Assembly: GCA_043228905.1 (NCBI GenBank)
Contig: JBHGNT010000156.1
Coordinates: 307-64,306 of the forward strand
Source: Azolla caroliniana
Taxonomy: Eukaryota > Plantae > Polypodiophyta
Length of the DNA: 64,000 nt
Reading direction: 5' to 3'
Below are positions 24,601-40,100 of this stretch, piece after piece. The translations under genes were made by a program, and so were the position numbers. How positions within the stretch are numbered: position 1 is the stretch's first letter; each line of letters starts with the position of its first letter. Under the pieces are notes generated by a model. It ran no database searches and was not told where the DNA came from. It saw only the letters and a program-made list of their open reading frames with translations.

Positions 24601-27600
24601 TGAACATTTTAATTTACTCACGGGCTCCTCTCAACTCACTCCTCAAATTTGGTAATTTCGTCATGTCTCTCGACCTGAGTTTCAAAATCTTGATTTTTGA
24701 ATTCCATATCATAGCTAGCGTTGTTAGCTTCGATTCGCATGTTTGAACACAAAAATCCGATATCACACGAGCCAGATATGAACATTTTAATTTACTCAAG
24801 GGCTCCTCTCAACTCACTCCTCAAATTTGGTAATTTCATCATGTCTCTCGACCTGAGTTTCAAAATCTTGATTTATTAATTCCATATCATAGCTAGCGTT
24901 GTTAGCTTCGATTCGCATGTTTGAACACAAAAATCCGATATCACACGAGCCAGGTATGAACATTTTAATTTACTCAAGGGCTCCTCTCAACTCACTACTC
25001 ATGTTTGCTAATTTCGTCATGTCTCTCCACCTGAGTTTCAAAATCTTGATTTTTGAATTCCATATCGTAGCTAGCGTTGTTAGCTTCGATTCGCATGTTT
25101 GAACACAAAAATCCGATATCACACGAGCCAGGTATGAACATTTTAATTTACTCAAGGGCTGCTCTCAACTCACTCCTCAAATTTTGTAATTTCGTCATGT
25201 ATCTCGACCTGAGTTTAAAAATCTTGATAAATTAATTCCATATCATAGCTAGCGTTGTTAGCTTCGATTCGCATGTTTGGACACAAAAATCCGATATTAC
25301 ACGAGCCAGGTATGAACATTTTAATTTACTCAAGGGCTCTTCTCAACTCACTACTCATGTTTGCTAATTTCGTCATGTCTCTCGACCTGAGTTTCAAAAT
25401 CTTGATTTTTGAATTCCATATCATAGCTAGGGTTGTTAGCTTCGATTCGCATGTTTGGACACAAAAATCCGATATCACAGGAGCCAGGTATGAACATTTT
25501 AATTTACGCAAGGGCTGCTCTCAACTCACTCCTCAAATTTGGTAATTTCATCAGGTCTCTCGACCTGAGTTTCAAAATCTTGATTTTTTAATTCCATATC
25601 ATAGCTAGCGTTGTTAGCTTTGATTCGCATGTTTGAACACAAAAATCGGATATCACACGAGCTAGGTATGAACATTTTAATTTACTCAAGCGCTCCTCTC
25701 AACTCACTCCTCAAATTTGGTAATTTCGTCATGTGTCTCGACCTGAGTTTCAAAATCGTGAGTTTTTAATTCAATATCATAGCTAGCGTTGTTAGCTTCG
25801 ATTTGCATGTTTGAACACAAAAATCCGATATGACACGAGCCAGGTATGAACATTTTAATTTACTCACGGGCTCCTCTCAACTCACTCCTCAAATTTGGTA
25901 ATTTCGTCATGTCTCTCGACCTGAGTTTCAAAATCTTGATTTTTGAATTCCATATCATAGCTAGCGTTGTTAGCTTCGATTCGCATGTTTGAACACAAAA
26001 ATCCGATATCACACGAGCCAGATATGAACATTTTAATTTACTCAAGGGCTCCTCTCAACTCACTCCTCAAATTTGGTAATTTCATCATGTCTCTCGACCT
26101 GAGTTTCAAAATCTTGATTTATTAATTCCATATCATAGCTAGCGTTGTTAGCTTCGATTCGCATGTTTGAACACAAAAATCCGATATCACACGAGCCAGG
26201 TATGAACATTTTAATTTACTCAAGGGCTACTCTCAACTCACTCCTCAAATTTTGTAATTTCGTCATGTATCTCGACCTGAGTTTGAAAATCTTGATAAAT
26301 TAATTCCATATCATAGCTAGCGTTGTTAGCTTCGATTCGCATGTTTGGACACAAAAATCCGATATAACACGAGCCAGGTATGAACATTTTAATTTACTCA
26401 AGGGCTCCTCTCAACTCACTACTCATGTTTGGTAATTTCATCAGGTCTCTCGACCTGAGTTTCAAAATCTTGATTTATTAATTCCATATCATAGCTAGCG
26501 TTGGTAGCTTTGATTCGCATGTTTGAACACAAAAATCCGATATCACACGAGCCAGGTATGAACATTTTAATTTACTCAAGGGTTCCTCTCAACTCACTCC
26601 TCAAATTTGGTAATTTCATCATGTCTCTCGACCTGAGTTTAAAAATCTTGATTTATTAATTCCATATCATAGCTAGCGTTGTTAGCTTCGATTCGCATGT
26701 TTGAACACAAAAATCCGATATCACACGAGCCAGGTAGGAACATTTTAATTTACTCAAGGGCTCCTCTCAACTCACTACTCATGTTTGCTAATTTCGTCAT
26801 GTCTCTCGACCTGAGTTTCAAAATCTTGATTTTTGAATTCCATATCATAGCTAGCGTTGTTAGCTTCGATTCGCATGTTTGAACACAAAAATCCGATATG
26901 ACACGAGCCAGGTATGAACATTTTAATTTACTCACGGGCTCCTCTCAACTCACTCCTCAAATTTGGTAATTTCGTCATGTCTCTCGACCTGAGTTTCAAA
27001 ATCTTGATTTTTGAATTCCATATCATAGCTAGCGTTGTTAGCTTCGATTCGCATGTTTGAACACAAAAATCCGATATCACACGAGCCAGGTATGAACATT
27101 TTAATTTACTCAAGGGCTCCTCTCAACTCACTACTCATGTTTGCTAATTTCGTCATGTCTCTCGACCTGAATTTCAAAATCTTGATTTTTGAATTCCATA
27201 TCATAGCTAGCGTTGTTAGCTTCGATTCGCATGTTTGAACACAAAAATCCGATATCACACGAGCCAGGTATGAACATTTTAATTTACTCAAGGGCTCTTC
27301 TCAACTCACTACTCATGTTTGCTAATTTCGTCATGTCTCTCGACCTGAGTTTCAAAATCTTGATTTTTTAATTCCATATCATAGCTAGGGTTGTTATCTT
27401 CGATTCGCATGTTTGGACACAAAAATCCGATATCACAGGAGCCAGGTATGAACATTTTAATTTACGCAAGGGCTGCTCTCAACTCACTCCTCAAATTTGG
27501 TAATTTCATCAGGTCTCTCGACCTGAGTTTCAAAATCTTGATTTTTTAATTCCATATCATAGCTAGCGTTGTTAGCTTCGATTCGCATGTTTGAACACAA

Positions 27601-30600
27601 AAATCCGATATCACACGAGCCAGGTATGAACATTTTAATTTACATACGAGCTCTTCTCAACTCACTCCTCAAATTTGGTAATTTCGTCATGTCTCTCGAC
27701 CTGAGTTTCAAAATCTTGATTTTTTAATTCCATATCATAGCTAGCGTTGTTAGCTTTGATTCGCATGTTTGAACACAAAAATCGGATATCACACGAGCTA
27801 GGTATGAACATTTTAATTTACTCAAGCGCTCCTCTCAACTCACTCCTCAAATTTGGTAATTTCGTCATGTGTCTCGACCTGAGTTTCAAAATCTTGAGTT
27901 TTTAATTCAATATCATAGCTAGCGTTGTTAGCTTCGATTCGCATGTTTGAACACAAAAATCCGATATCACACGAGCCAGGTATGAACATTTTAATTTACT
28001 CACGGGCTCCTCTCAACTCACTCCTCAAATTTGGTAATTTCGTCATGTCTCTCGACCTGAGTTTCAAAATCTTGATTTTTGAATTCCATATCATAGCTAG
28101 CGTTGTTAGCTTCGATTCGCATGTTTGAACACAAAAATCCGATATCACACGAGCCAGATATGAACATTTTAATTTACTCAAGGGCTCCTCTCAACTCACT
28201 CCTCAAATTTGGTAATTTCATCATGTCTCTCGACCTGAGTTTCAAAATCTTGATTTATTAATTCCATATCATAGCTAGCGTTGGTAGCTTCGATTCGCAT
28301 GTTTGAACACAAAAATCCGATATCACACGAGCCAGGTATGAACATTTTAATTTACTCAAGGGCTCCTCTCAACTCACTACTCATGTTTGCTAATTTCGTC
28401 ATGTCTCTCCACCTGAGTTTCAAAATCTTGATTTTTGAATTCCATATCGTAGCTAGCGTTGTTAGCTTCGATTCGCATGTTTGAACACAAAAATCCGATA
28501 TCACACGAGCCAGGTATGAACATTTTAATTTACTCAAGGGCTGCTCTCAACTCACTCCTCAAATTTTGTAATTTCGTCATGTATCTCGACCTGAGTTTAA
28601 AAATCTTGATAAATTAATTCCATATCATAGCTAGCGTTGTTAGCTTCGATTCGCATGTTTGGACACAAAAATCCGATATTACACGAGCCAGGTATGAACA
28701 TTTTAATTTACTCAAGGGCTCTTCTCAACTCACTACTCATGTTTGCTAATTTCGTCATGTCTCTCGACCTGAGTTTCAAAATCTTGATTTTTGAATTCCA
28801 TATCATAGCTAGGGTTGTTAGCTTCGATTCGCATGTTTGGACACAAAAATCCGATATCACAGGAGCCAGGTATGAACATTTTAATTTACGCAAGGGCTGC
28901 TCTCAACTCACTCCTCAAATTTGGTAATTTCATCAGGTCTCTCGACCTGAGTTTCAAAATCTTGATTTTTTAATTCCATATCATAGCTAGCGTTGTTAGC
29001 TTCGATTCGCATGTTTGAACACAAAAATCCGATATCACACGAGCCAGGTATGAACATTTTAATTTACTCAAGCTCTCCTCTCAACTCACTACTCATGTTT
29101 GCTAATTTCGTCATGTCTCTCGACCTGAGTTTCAAAATCTTGATTTTTGAATTCCATATCATAGCTAGCGTTGTTAGCTTCGATTCGCATGTTTGAACAC
29201 AAAAATCCGATATCACACGAGCCAGGTATGAACATTTTAATTTACTCAAGGGCTGCTCTCAACTCACTCCTCAAATTTTGTAATTTCGTCATGTATCTCG
29301 ACCTGAGTTTAAAAATCTTGATAAATTAATTCCATATCATAGCTAGCGTTGTTAGCTTCGATTCGCATGTTTGGACACAAAAATCCGATATGACACGAGC
29401 CAGGTATGAACATTTTAATTTACTCAAGGGCTCCTCTCAACTCACTACTCATGTTTGGTAATTTCATCAGGTCTCTCGACCTGAGTTTCAAAATCTTGAT
29501 TTATTAATTCCATATCATAGCTAGCGTTGGTAGCTTTGATTCGCATGTTTGAACACAAAAATCCGATATCACACGAGCCAGGTATGAACATTTTAATTTA
29601 CTCAAGGGCTCCTCTCAACTCACTACTCATGTTTGCTAATTTCGTCATGTCTCTCGACCTGAATTTCAAAATCTTGATTTTTGAATTCCATATCATAGCT
29701 AGCGTTGTTAGCTTCGATTCGCATGTTTGAACACAAAAATCCGATATCACACGAGCCAGGTATGAACATTTTAATTTACTCAAGGGCTCTTCTCAACTCA
29801 CTACTCATGTTTGCTAATTTCGTCATGTCTCTCGACCTGAGTTTCAAAATCTTGATTTTTGAATTCCATATCATAGCTAGGGTTGTTATCTTCGATTCGC
29901 ATGTTTGGACACAAAAATCCGATATCACAGGAGCCAGGTATGAACATTTTAATTTACGCAAGGGCTGCTCTCAACTCACTCCTCAAATTTGGTAATTTCA
30001 TCAGGTCTCTCGACCTGAGTTTGAAAATCTTGATTTTTTAATTCCATATCATAGCTAGCGTTGTTAGCTTCGATTCGCATGTTTGAACACAAAAATCCGA
30101 TATCACACGAGCCAGGTATGAACATTTTAATTTACATACGAGCTCTTCTCAACTCACTCCTCAAATTTGGTAATTTCGTCATGTCTCTCGACCTGAGTTT
30201 CAAAATCTTGATTTTTTAATTCCATATCATAGCTAGCGTTGTTAGCTTTGATTCGCATGTTTGAACACAAAAATCGGATATCACACGAGCTAGGTATGAA
30301 CATTTTAATTTACTCAAGCGCTCCTCTCAACTCACTCCTCAAATTTGGTAATTTCGTCATGTGTCTCGACCTGAGTTTCAAAATCTTGAGTTTTTAATTC
30401 AATATCATAGCTAGCGTTGTTAGCTTCGATTCGCATGTTTGAACACAAAAATCCGATATCACACGAGCCAGGTATGAACATTTTAATTTACTCACGGGCT
30501 CCTCTCAACTCACTCCTCAAATTTGGTAATTTCGTCATGTCTCTCGACCTGAGTTTCAAAATCTTGATTTTTGAATTCCATATCATAGCTAGCGTTGTTA

Positions 30601-33600
30601 GCTTCGATTCGCATGTTTGAACACAAAAATCCGATATCACACGAGCCAGATATGAACATTTTAATTTACTCAAGGGCTCCTCTCAACTCACTCCTCAAAT
30701 TTGGTAATTTCATCATGTCTCTCGACCTGAGTTTCAAAATCTTGATTTATTAATTCCATATCATAGCTAGCGTTGTTAGCTTCGATTCGCATGTTTGAAC
30801 ACAAAAATCCGATATCACACGAGCCAGGTATGAACATTTTAATTTACTCAAGGGCTCCTCTCAACTCACTACTCATGTTTGCTAATTTCGTCATGTCTCT
30901 CCACCTGAGTTTCAAAATCTTGATTTTTGAATTCCATATCGTAGCTAGCGTTGTTAGCTTCGATTCGCATGTTTGAACACAAAAATCCGATATCACACGA
31001 GCCAGGTATGAACATTTTAATTTACTCAAGGGCTGCTCTCAACTCACTCCTCAAATTTTGTAATTTCGTCATGTATCTCGACCTGAGTTTAAAAATCTTG
31101 ATAAATTAATTCCATATCATAGCTAGCGTTGTTAGCTTCGATTCGCATGTTTGGACACAAAAATCCGATATTACACGAGCCAGGTATGAACATTTTAATT
31201 TACTCAAGGGCTCTTCTCAACTCACTACTCATGTTTGCTAATTTCGTCATGTCTCTCGACCTGAGTTTCAAAATCTTGATTTTTGAATTCCATATCATAG
31301 CTAGGGTTGTTAGCTTCGATTCGCATGTTTGGACACAAAAATCCGATATCACAGGAGCCAGGTATGAACATTTTAATTTACGCAAGGGCTGCTCTCAACT
31401 CACTCCTCAAATTTGGTAATTTCATCAGGTCTCTCGACCTGAGTTTCAAAATCTTGATTTATTAATTCCATATCATAGCTAGCGTTGGTAGCTTTGATTC
31501 GCATGTTTGAACACAAAAATCCGATATCACACGAGCCAGGTATGAACATTTTAATTTACTCAAGGGCTCCTCTCAACTCACTACTCATGTTTGCTAATTT
31601 CGTCATGTCTCTCGACCTGAATTTCAAAATCTTGATTTTTGAATTCCATATCATAGCTAGCGTTGTTAGCTTCGATTCGCATGTTTGAACACAAAAATCC
31701 GATATCACACGAGCCAGGTATGAACATTTTAATTTACTCAAGGGCTCTTCTCAACTCACTACTCATGTTTGCTAATTTCGTCATGTCTCTCGACCTGAGT
31801 TTCAAAATCTTGATTTTTGAATTCCATATCATAGCTAGGGTTGTTATCTTCGATTCGCATGTTTGGACACAAAAATCCGATATCACAGGAGCCAGGTATG
31901 AACATTTTAATTTACGCAAGGGCTGCTCTCAACTCACTCCTCAAATTTGGTAATTTCATCAGGTCTCTCGACCTGAGTTTGAAAATCTTGATTTTTTAAT
32001 TCCATATCATAGCTAGCGTTGTTAGCTTCGATTCGCATGTTTGAACACAAAAATCCGATATCACACGAGCCAGGTATGAACATTTTAATTTACATACGAG
32101 CTCTTCTCAACTCACTCCTCAAATTTGGTAATTTCGTCATGTCTCTCGACCTGAGTTTCAAAATCTTGATTTTTTAATTCCATATCATAGCTAGCGTTGT
32201 TAGCTTTGATTCGCATGTTTGAACACAAAAATCGGATATCACACGAGCTAGGTATGAACATTTTAATTTACTCAAGCGCTCCTCTCAACTCACTCCTCAA
32301 ATTTGGTAATTTCGTCATGTGTCTCGACCTGAGTTTCAAAATCTTGAGTTTTTAATTCAATATCATAGCTAGCGTTGTTAGCTTCGATTCGCATGTTTGA
32401 ACACAAAAATCCGATATGACACGAGCCCGGTATGAACATTTTAATTTACTCACGGGCTCCTCTCAACTCACTCCTCAAATTTGGTAATTTCGTCATGTCT
32501 CTCGACCTGAGTTTCAAAATCTTGATTTTTGAATTCCATATCATAGCTAGCGTTGTTAGCTTCGATTCGCATGTTTGAACACAAAAATCCGATATCACAC
32601 GAGCCAGGTATGAACATTTTAATTTACTCAAGGGCTCCTCTCAACTCACTACTCATGTTTGCTAATTTCGTCATGTCTCTCGACCTGAATTTCAAAATCT
32701 TGATTTTTGAATTCCATATCATAGCTAGCGTTGTTAGCTTCGATTCGCATGTTTGAACACAAAAATCCGATATTACACGAGCCAGGTATGAACATTTTAA
32801 TTTACTCAAGGGCTCTTCTCAACTCACTACTCATGTTTGCTAATTTCGTCATGTCTCTCGACCTGAGTTTGAAAATCTTGATTTTTGAATTCCATATCAT
32901 AGCTAGGGTTGTTAGCTTCGATTCGCATGTTTGGACACAAAAATCCGATATCACAGGAGCCAGGTATGAACATTTTAATTTACGCAAGGGCTGCTCTCAA
33001 CTCACTCCTCAAATTTGGTAATTTCATCAGGTCTCTCGACCTGAGTTTCAAAATCTTGATTTTTTAATTCCATATCATAGCTAGCGTTGTTAGCTTCGAT
33101 TCGCATGTTTGAACACAAAAATCCGATATCACACGAGCCAGGTATGAACATTTTAATTTACTCAAGCGCTCCTCTCAACTCACTACTCATGTTTGCTAAT
33201 TTCGTCATGTCTCTCGACCTGAGTTTCAAAATCTTGATTTTTGAATTCCATATCATAGCTAGCGTTGTTAGCTTCGATTCGCATGTTTGAACACAAAAAT
33301 CCGATATCACACGAGCCAGGTATGAACATTTTAATTTACTCAAGCGCTCCTCTCAACTCACTACTCATGTTTGCTAATTTCGTCATGTCTCTCGACCTGA
33401 GTTTCAAAATCTTGATTTTTGAATTCCATATCATAGCTAGCATTGTTAGCTTCGATTCGCATGTTTGAACACAAAAATCCGATATCACACGAGCCAGGTA
33501 TGAACATTTTAATTTACTCAAGGGCTACTCTCAACTCACTCCTCAAATTTTGTAATTTCGTCATGTATCTCGACCTGAGTTTAAAAATCTTGATAAATTA

Positions 33601-36600
33601 ATTCCATATCATAGCTAGCGTTGTTAGCTTCGATTCGCATGTTTGGACACAAAAATCCGATATAACACGAGCCAGGTATGAACATTTTAATTTACTCAAG
33701 GGCTCCTCTCAACTCACTACTCATGTTTGGTAATTTCATCAGGTCTCTCGACCTGAGTTTCAAAATCTTGATTTATTAATTCCATATCATAGCTAGCGTT
33801 GGTAGCTTTGATTCGCATGTTTGAACACAAAAATCCGATATCACACGAGCCAGGTATGAACATTTTAATTTACTCAAGGGTTCCTCTCAACTCACTCCTC
33901 AAATTTGGTAATTTCATCATGTCTCTCGACCTGAGTTTAAAAATCTTGATTTATTAATTCCATATCATAGCTAGCGTTGTTAGCTTCGATTCGCATGTTT
34001 GAACACAAAAATCCGATATCACACGAGCCAGGTAGGAACATTTTAATTTACTCAAGGGCTCCTCTCAACTCACTACTCATGTTTGCTAATTTCGTCATGT
34101 CTCTCGACCTGAGTTTCAAAATCTTGATTTTTGAATTCCATATCATAGCTAGCGTTGTTAGCTTCGATTCGCATGTTTGAACACAAAAATCCGATATCAC
34201 ACGAGCCAGGTATGAACATTTTAATTTACATACGAGCTCTTCTCAACTCACTCCTCAAATTTGGTAATTTCGTCATGTCTCTCGACCTGAGTTTCAAAAT
34301 CTTGATTTTTTAATTCCATATCATAGCTAGCGTTGTTAGCTTTGATTCGCATGTTTGAACACAAAAATCGGATATCACACGAGCTAGGTATGAACATTTT
34401 AATTTACTCAAGCGCTCCTCTCAACTCACTCCTCAAATTTGGTAATTTCGTCATGTGTCTCGACCTGAGTTTCAAAATCGTGAGTTTTTAATTCAATATC
34501 ATAGCTAGCGTTGTTAGCTTCGATTCGCATGTTTGAACACAAAAATCCGATATGACACGAGCCAGGTATGAACATTTTAATTTACTCACGGGCTCCTCTC
34601 AACTCACTCCTCAAATTTGGTAATTTCGTCATGTCTCTCGACCTGAGTTTCAAAATCTTGATTTTTGAATTCCATATCATAGCTAGCGTTGTTAGCTTCG
34701 ATTCGCATGTTTGAACACAAAAATCCGATATCACACGAGCCAGGTATGAACATTTTAATTTACTCAAGGGCTCCTCTCAACTCACTACTCATGTTTGCTA
34801 ATTTCGTCATGTCTCTCGACCTGAATTTCAAAATCTTGATTTTTGAATTCCATATCATAGCTAGCGTTGTTAGCTTCGATTCGCATGTTTGAACACAAAA
34901 ATCCGATATCACACGAGCCAGGTATGAACATTTTAATTTACTCAAGGGCTCTTCTCAACTCACTACTCATGTTTGCTAATTTCGTCATGTCTCTCGACCT
35001 GAGTTTCAAAATCTTGATTTTTGAATTCCATATCATAGCTAGGGTTGTTATCTTCGATTCGCATGTTTGGACACAAAAATCCGATATCACAGGAGCCAGG
35101 TATGAACATTTTAATTTACGCAAGGGCTGCTCTCAACTCACTCCTCAAATTTGGTAATTTCATCAGGTCTCTCGACCTGAGTTTCAAAATCTTGATTTTT
35201 TAATTCCATATCATAGCTAGCGTTGTTAGCTTCGATTCGCATGTTTGAACACAAAAATCCGATATCACACGAGCCAGGTATGAACATTTTAATTTACATA
35301 CGAGCTCTTCTCAACTCACTCCTCAAATTTGGTAATTTCGTCATGTCTCTCGACCTGAGTTTCAAAATCTTGATTTTTTAATTCCATATCATAGCTAGCG
35401 TTGTTAGCTTTGATTCGCATGTTTGAACACAAAAATCGGATATCACACGAGCTAGGTATGAACATTTTAATTTACTCAAGCGCTCCTCTCAACTCACTCC
35501 TCAAATTTGGTAATTTCGTCATGTGTCTCGACCTGAGTTTCAAAATCTTGAGTTTTTAATTCAATATCATAGCTAGCGTTGTTAGCTTCGATTCGCATGT
35601 TTGAACACAAAAATCCGATATCACACGAGCCAGGTATGAACATTTTAATTTACTCACGGGCTCCTCTCAACTCACTCCTCAAATTTGGTAATTTCGTCAT
35701 GTCTCTCGACCTGAGTTTCAAAATCTTGATTTTTGAATTCCATATCATAGCTAGCGTTGTTAGCTTCGATTCGCATGTTTGAACACAAAAATCCGATATC
35801 ACACGAGCCAGATATGAACATTTTAATTTACTCAAGGGCTCCTCTCAACTCACTCCTCAAATTTGGTAATTTCATCATGTCTCTCGACCTGAGTTTCAAA
35901 ATCTTGATTTATTAATTCCATATCATAGCTAGCGTTGTTAGCTTCGATTCGCATGTTTGAACACAAAAATCCGATATCACACGAGCCAGGTATGAACATT
36001 TTAATTTACTCAAGGGCTCCTCTCAACTCACTACTCATGTTTGCTAATTTCGTCATGTCTCTCCACCTGAGTTTCAAAATCTTGATTTTTGAATTCCATA
36101 TCGTAGCTAGCGTTGTTAGCTTCGATTCGCATGTTTGAACACAAAAATCCGATATCACACGAGCCAGGTATGAACATTTTAATTTACTCAAGGGCTGCTC
36201 TCAACTCACTCCTCAAATTTTGTAATTTCGTCATGTATCTCGACCTGAGTTTAAAAATCTTGATAAATTAATTCCATATCATAGCTAGCGTTGTTAGCTT
36301 CGATTCGCATGTTTGGACACAAAAATCCGATATTACACGAGCCAGGTATGAACATTTTAATTTACTCAAGGGCTCTTCTCAACTCACTACTCATGTTTGC
36401 TAATTTCGTCATGTCTCTCGACCTGAGTTTCAAAATCTTGATTTTTGAATTCCATATCATAGCTAGGGTTGTTAGCTTCGATTCGCATGTTTGGACACAA
36501 AAATCCGATATCACAGGAGCCAGGTATGAACATTTTAATTTACGCAAGGGCTGCTCTCAACTCACTCCTCAAATTTGGTAATTTCATCAGGTCTCTCGAC

Positions 36601-39600
36601 CTGAGTTTCAAAATCTTGATTTTTTAATTCCATATCATAGCTAGCGTTGTTAGCTTCGATTCGCATGTTTGAACACAAAAATCCGATATCACACGAGCCA
36701 GGTATGAACATTTTAATTTACTCAAGCGCTCCTCTCAACTCACTACTCATGTTTGCTAATTTCGTCATGTCTCTCGACCTGAGTTTCAAAATCTTGATTT
36801 TTGAATTCCATATCATAGCTAGCGTTGTTAGCTTCGATTCGCATGTTTGAACACAAAAATCCGATATCACACGAGCCAGGTATGAACATTTTAATTTACT
36901 CAAGGGCTGCTCTCAACTCACTCCTCAAATTTTGTAATTTCGTCATGTATCTCGACCTGAGTTTAAAAATCTTGATAAATTAATTCCATATCATAGCTAG
37001 CGTTGTTAGCTTCGATTCGCATGTTTGGACACAAAAATCCGATATGACACGAGCCAGGTATGAACATTTTAATTTACTCAAGGGCTCCTCTCAACTCACT
37101 ACTCATGTTTGGTAATTTCATCAGGTCTCTCGACCTGAGTTTCAAAATCTTGATTTATTAATTCCATATCATAGCTAGCGTTGGTAGCTTTGATTCGCAT
37201 GTTTGAACACAAAAATCCGATATCACACGAGCCAGGTATGAACATTTTAATTTACTCAAGGGCTCCTCTCAACTCACTACTCATGTTTGCTAATTTCGTC
37301 ATGTCTCTCGACCTGAATTTCAAAATCTTGATTTTTGAATTCCATATCATAGCTAGCGTTGTTAGCTTCGATTCGCATGTTTGAACACAAAAATCCGATA
37401 TCACACGAGCCAGGTATGAACATTTTAATTTACTCAAGGGCTCTTCTCAACTCACTACTCATGTTTGCTAATTTCGTCATGTCTCTCGACCTGAGTTTCA
37501 AAATCTTGATTTTTGAATTCCATATCATAGCTAGGGTTGTTATCTTCGATTCGCATGTTTGGACACAAAAATCCGATATCACAGGAGCCAGGTATGAACA
37601 TTTTAATTTACGCAAGGGCTGCTCTCAACTCACTCCTCAAATTTGGTAATTTCATCAGGTCTCTCGACCTGAGTTTGAAAATCTTGATTTTTTAATTCCA
37701 TATCATAGCTAGCGTTGTTAGCTTCGATTCGCATGTTTGAACACAAAAATCCGATATCACACGAGCCAGGTATGAACATTTTAATTTACATACGAGCTCT
37801 TCTCAACTCACTCCTCAAATTTGGTAATTTCGTCATGTCTCTCGACCTGAGTTTCAAAATCTTGATTTTTTAATTCCATATCATAGCTAGCGTTGTTAGC
37901 TTTGATTCGCATGTTTGAACACAAAAATCGGATATCACACGAGCTAGGTATGAACATTTTAATTTACTCAAGCGCTCCTCTCAACTCACTCCTCAAATTT
38001 GGTAATTTCGTCATGTGTCTCGACCTGAGTTTCAAAATCTTGAGTTTTTAATTCCATATCATAGCTAGCGTTGTTAGCTTCGATTCGCATGTTTGAACAC
38101 AAAAATCCGATATGACACGAGCCAGGTATGAACATTTTAATTTACTCACGGGCTCCTCTCAACTCACTCCTCAAATTTGGTAATTTCGTCATGTCTCTCG
38201 ACCTGAGTTTCAAAATCTTGATTTTTGAATTCCATATCATAGCTAGCGTTGTTAGCTTCGATTCGCATGTTTGAACACAAAAATCCGATATCACACGAGC
38301 CAGGTATGAACATTTTAATTTACTCAAGGGCTCCTCTCAACTCACTACTCATGTTTGCTAATTTCGTCATGTCTCTCGACCTGAATTTCAAAATCTTGAT
38401 TTTTGAATTCCATATCATAGCTAGCGTTGTTAGCTTCGATTCGCATGTTTGAACACAAAAATCCGATATCACACGAGCCAGGTATGAACATTTTAATTTA
38501 CTCAAGGGCTCTTCTCAACTCACTACTCATGTTTGCTAATTTCGTCATGTCTCTCGACCTGAGTTTGAAAATCTTGATTTTTGAATTCCATATCATAGCT
38601 AGGGTTGTTAGCTTCGATTCGCATGTTTTGACACAAAAATCCGATATCACAGGAGCCAGGTATGAACATTTTAATTTACGCAAGGGCTGCTCTCAACTCA
38701 CTCCTCAAATTTGGTAATTTCATCAGGTCTCTCGACCTGAGTTTCAAAATCTTGATTTTTTAATTCCATATCATAGCTAGCGTTGTTAGCTTCGATTCGC
38801 ATGTTTGAACACAAAAATCCGATATCACACGAGCCAGGTATGAACATTTTAATTTACTCAAGCGCTCCTCTCAACTCACTACTCATGTTTGCTAATTTCG
38901 TCATGTCTCTCGACCTGAGTTTCAAAATCTTGATTTTTGAATTCCATATCATAGCTAGCGTTGTTAGCTTCGATTCGCATGTTTGAACACAAAAATCCGA
39001 TATCACACGAGCCAGGTATGAACATTTTAATTTACTCAAGGGCTGCTCTCAACTCACTCCTCAAATTTTGTAATTTCGTCATGTATCTCGACCTGAGTTT
39101 AAAAATCTTGATAAATTAATTCCATATCATAGCTAGCGTTGTTAGCTTCGATTCGCATGTTTGGACACAAAAATCCGATATTACACGAGCCAGGTATGAA
39201 CATTTTAATTTACTCAAGGGCTCCTCTCAACTCACTACTCATGTTTGGTAATTTCATCAGGTCTCTCGACCTGAGTTTCAAAATCTTAATTTATTAATTC
39301 CATATCATACCTAGCGTTGGTAGCTTTAATTCGCATGTTTGAACACAAAAATCCGATATCACACGAGCCAGGTATGAACATTTTAATTTACTCAAGGGTT
39401 CCTCTCAACTCACTCCTCAAATTTGGTAATTTCATCATGTCTCTCGACCTGAGTTTCAAAATCTTGATTTATTAATTCCATATCATAGCTAGCGTTGTTA
39501 GCTTCGATTCGCATGTTTGAACACAAAAATCCGATATCACACGAGCCAGGTAGGAACATTTTAATTTACTCAAGGGCTCCTCTCAACTCACTACTCATGT

Positions 39601-40100
39601 TTGCTAATTTCGTCATGTCTCTCGACCTGAGTTTCAAAATCTTGATTTCTGAATTCCATATCATAGCTAGCGTTGTTAGCTTCGATTCGCATGTTTGAAC
39701 ACAAAAATCCGATATCACACGAGCCAGGTATGAACATTTTAATTTACTCAAGGGCTGCTCTCAACTCACTCCTCAAATTTTGTAATTTCGTCATGTATCT
39801 CGACCTGAGTTTAAAAATCTTGATAAATTAATTCCATATCATAGCTAGCGTTGTTAGCTTCGATTCGCATGTTTGGACACAAAAATCCGATATTACACGA
39901 GCCAGGTATGAACATTTTAATTTACTCAAGGGCTCCTCTCAACTCACTACTCATGTTTGGTAATTTCATCAGGTCTCTCGACCTGAGTTTCAAAATCTTG
40001 ATTTATTAATTCCATATCATAGCTAGCGTTGGTAGCTTTGATTCGCATGTTTGAACACAAAAATCCGATATTACACGAGCCAGGTATGAACATTTTAATT
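18602..40100. repeat. Mosaic domain of partial duplications (offsets of 10, 11, 14, 19, 32, 43 and 58 monomers)
   Basis: Matching variant runs at 20271/22051, 29527/31485, 27925/30417, 24899/28281, 31485/37181, 27925/35579 and 22941/33265. It uses the same monomer types as the 42-mer. Confidence 0.78.
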
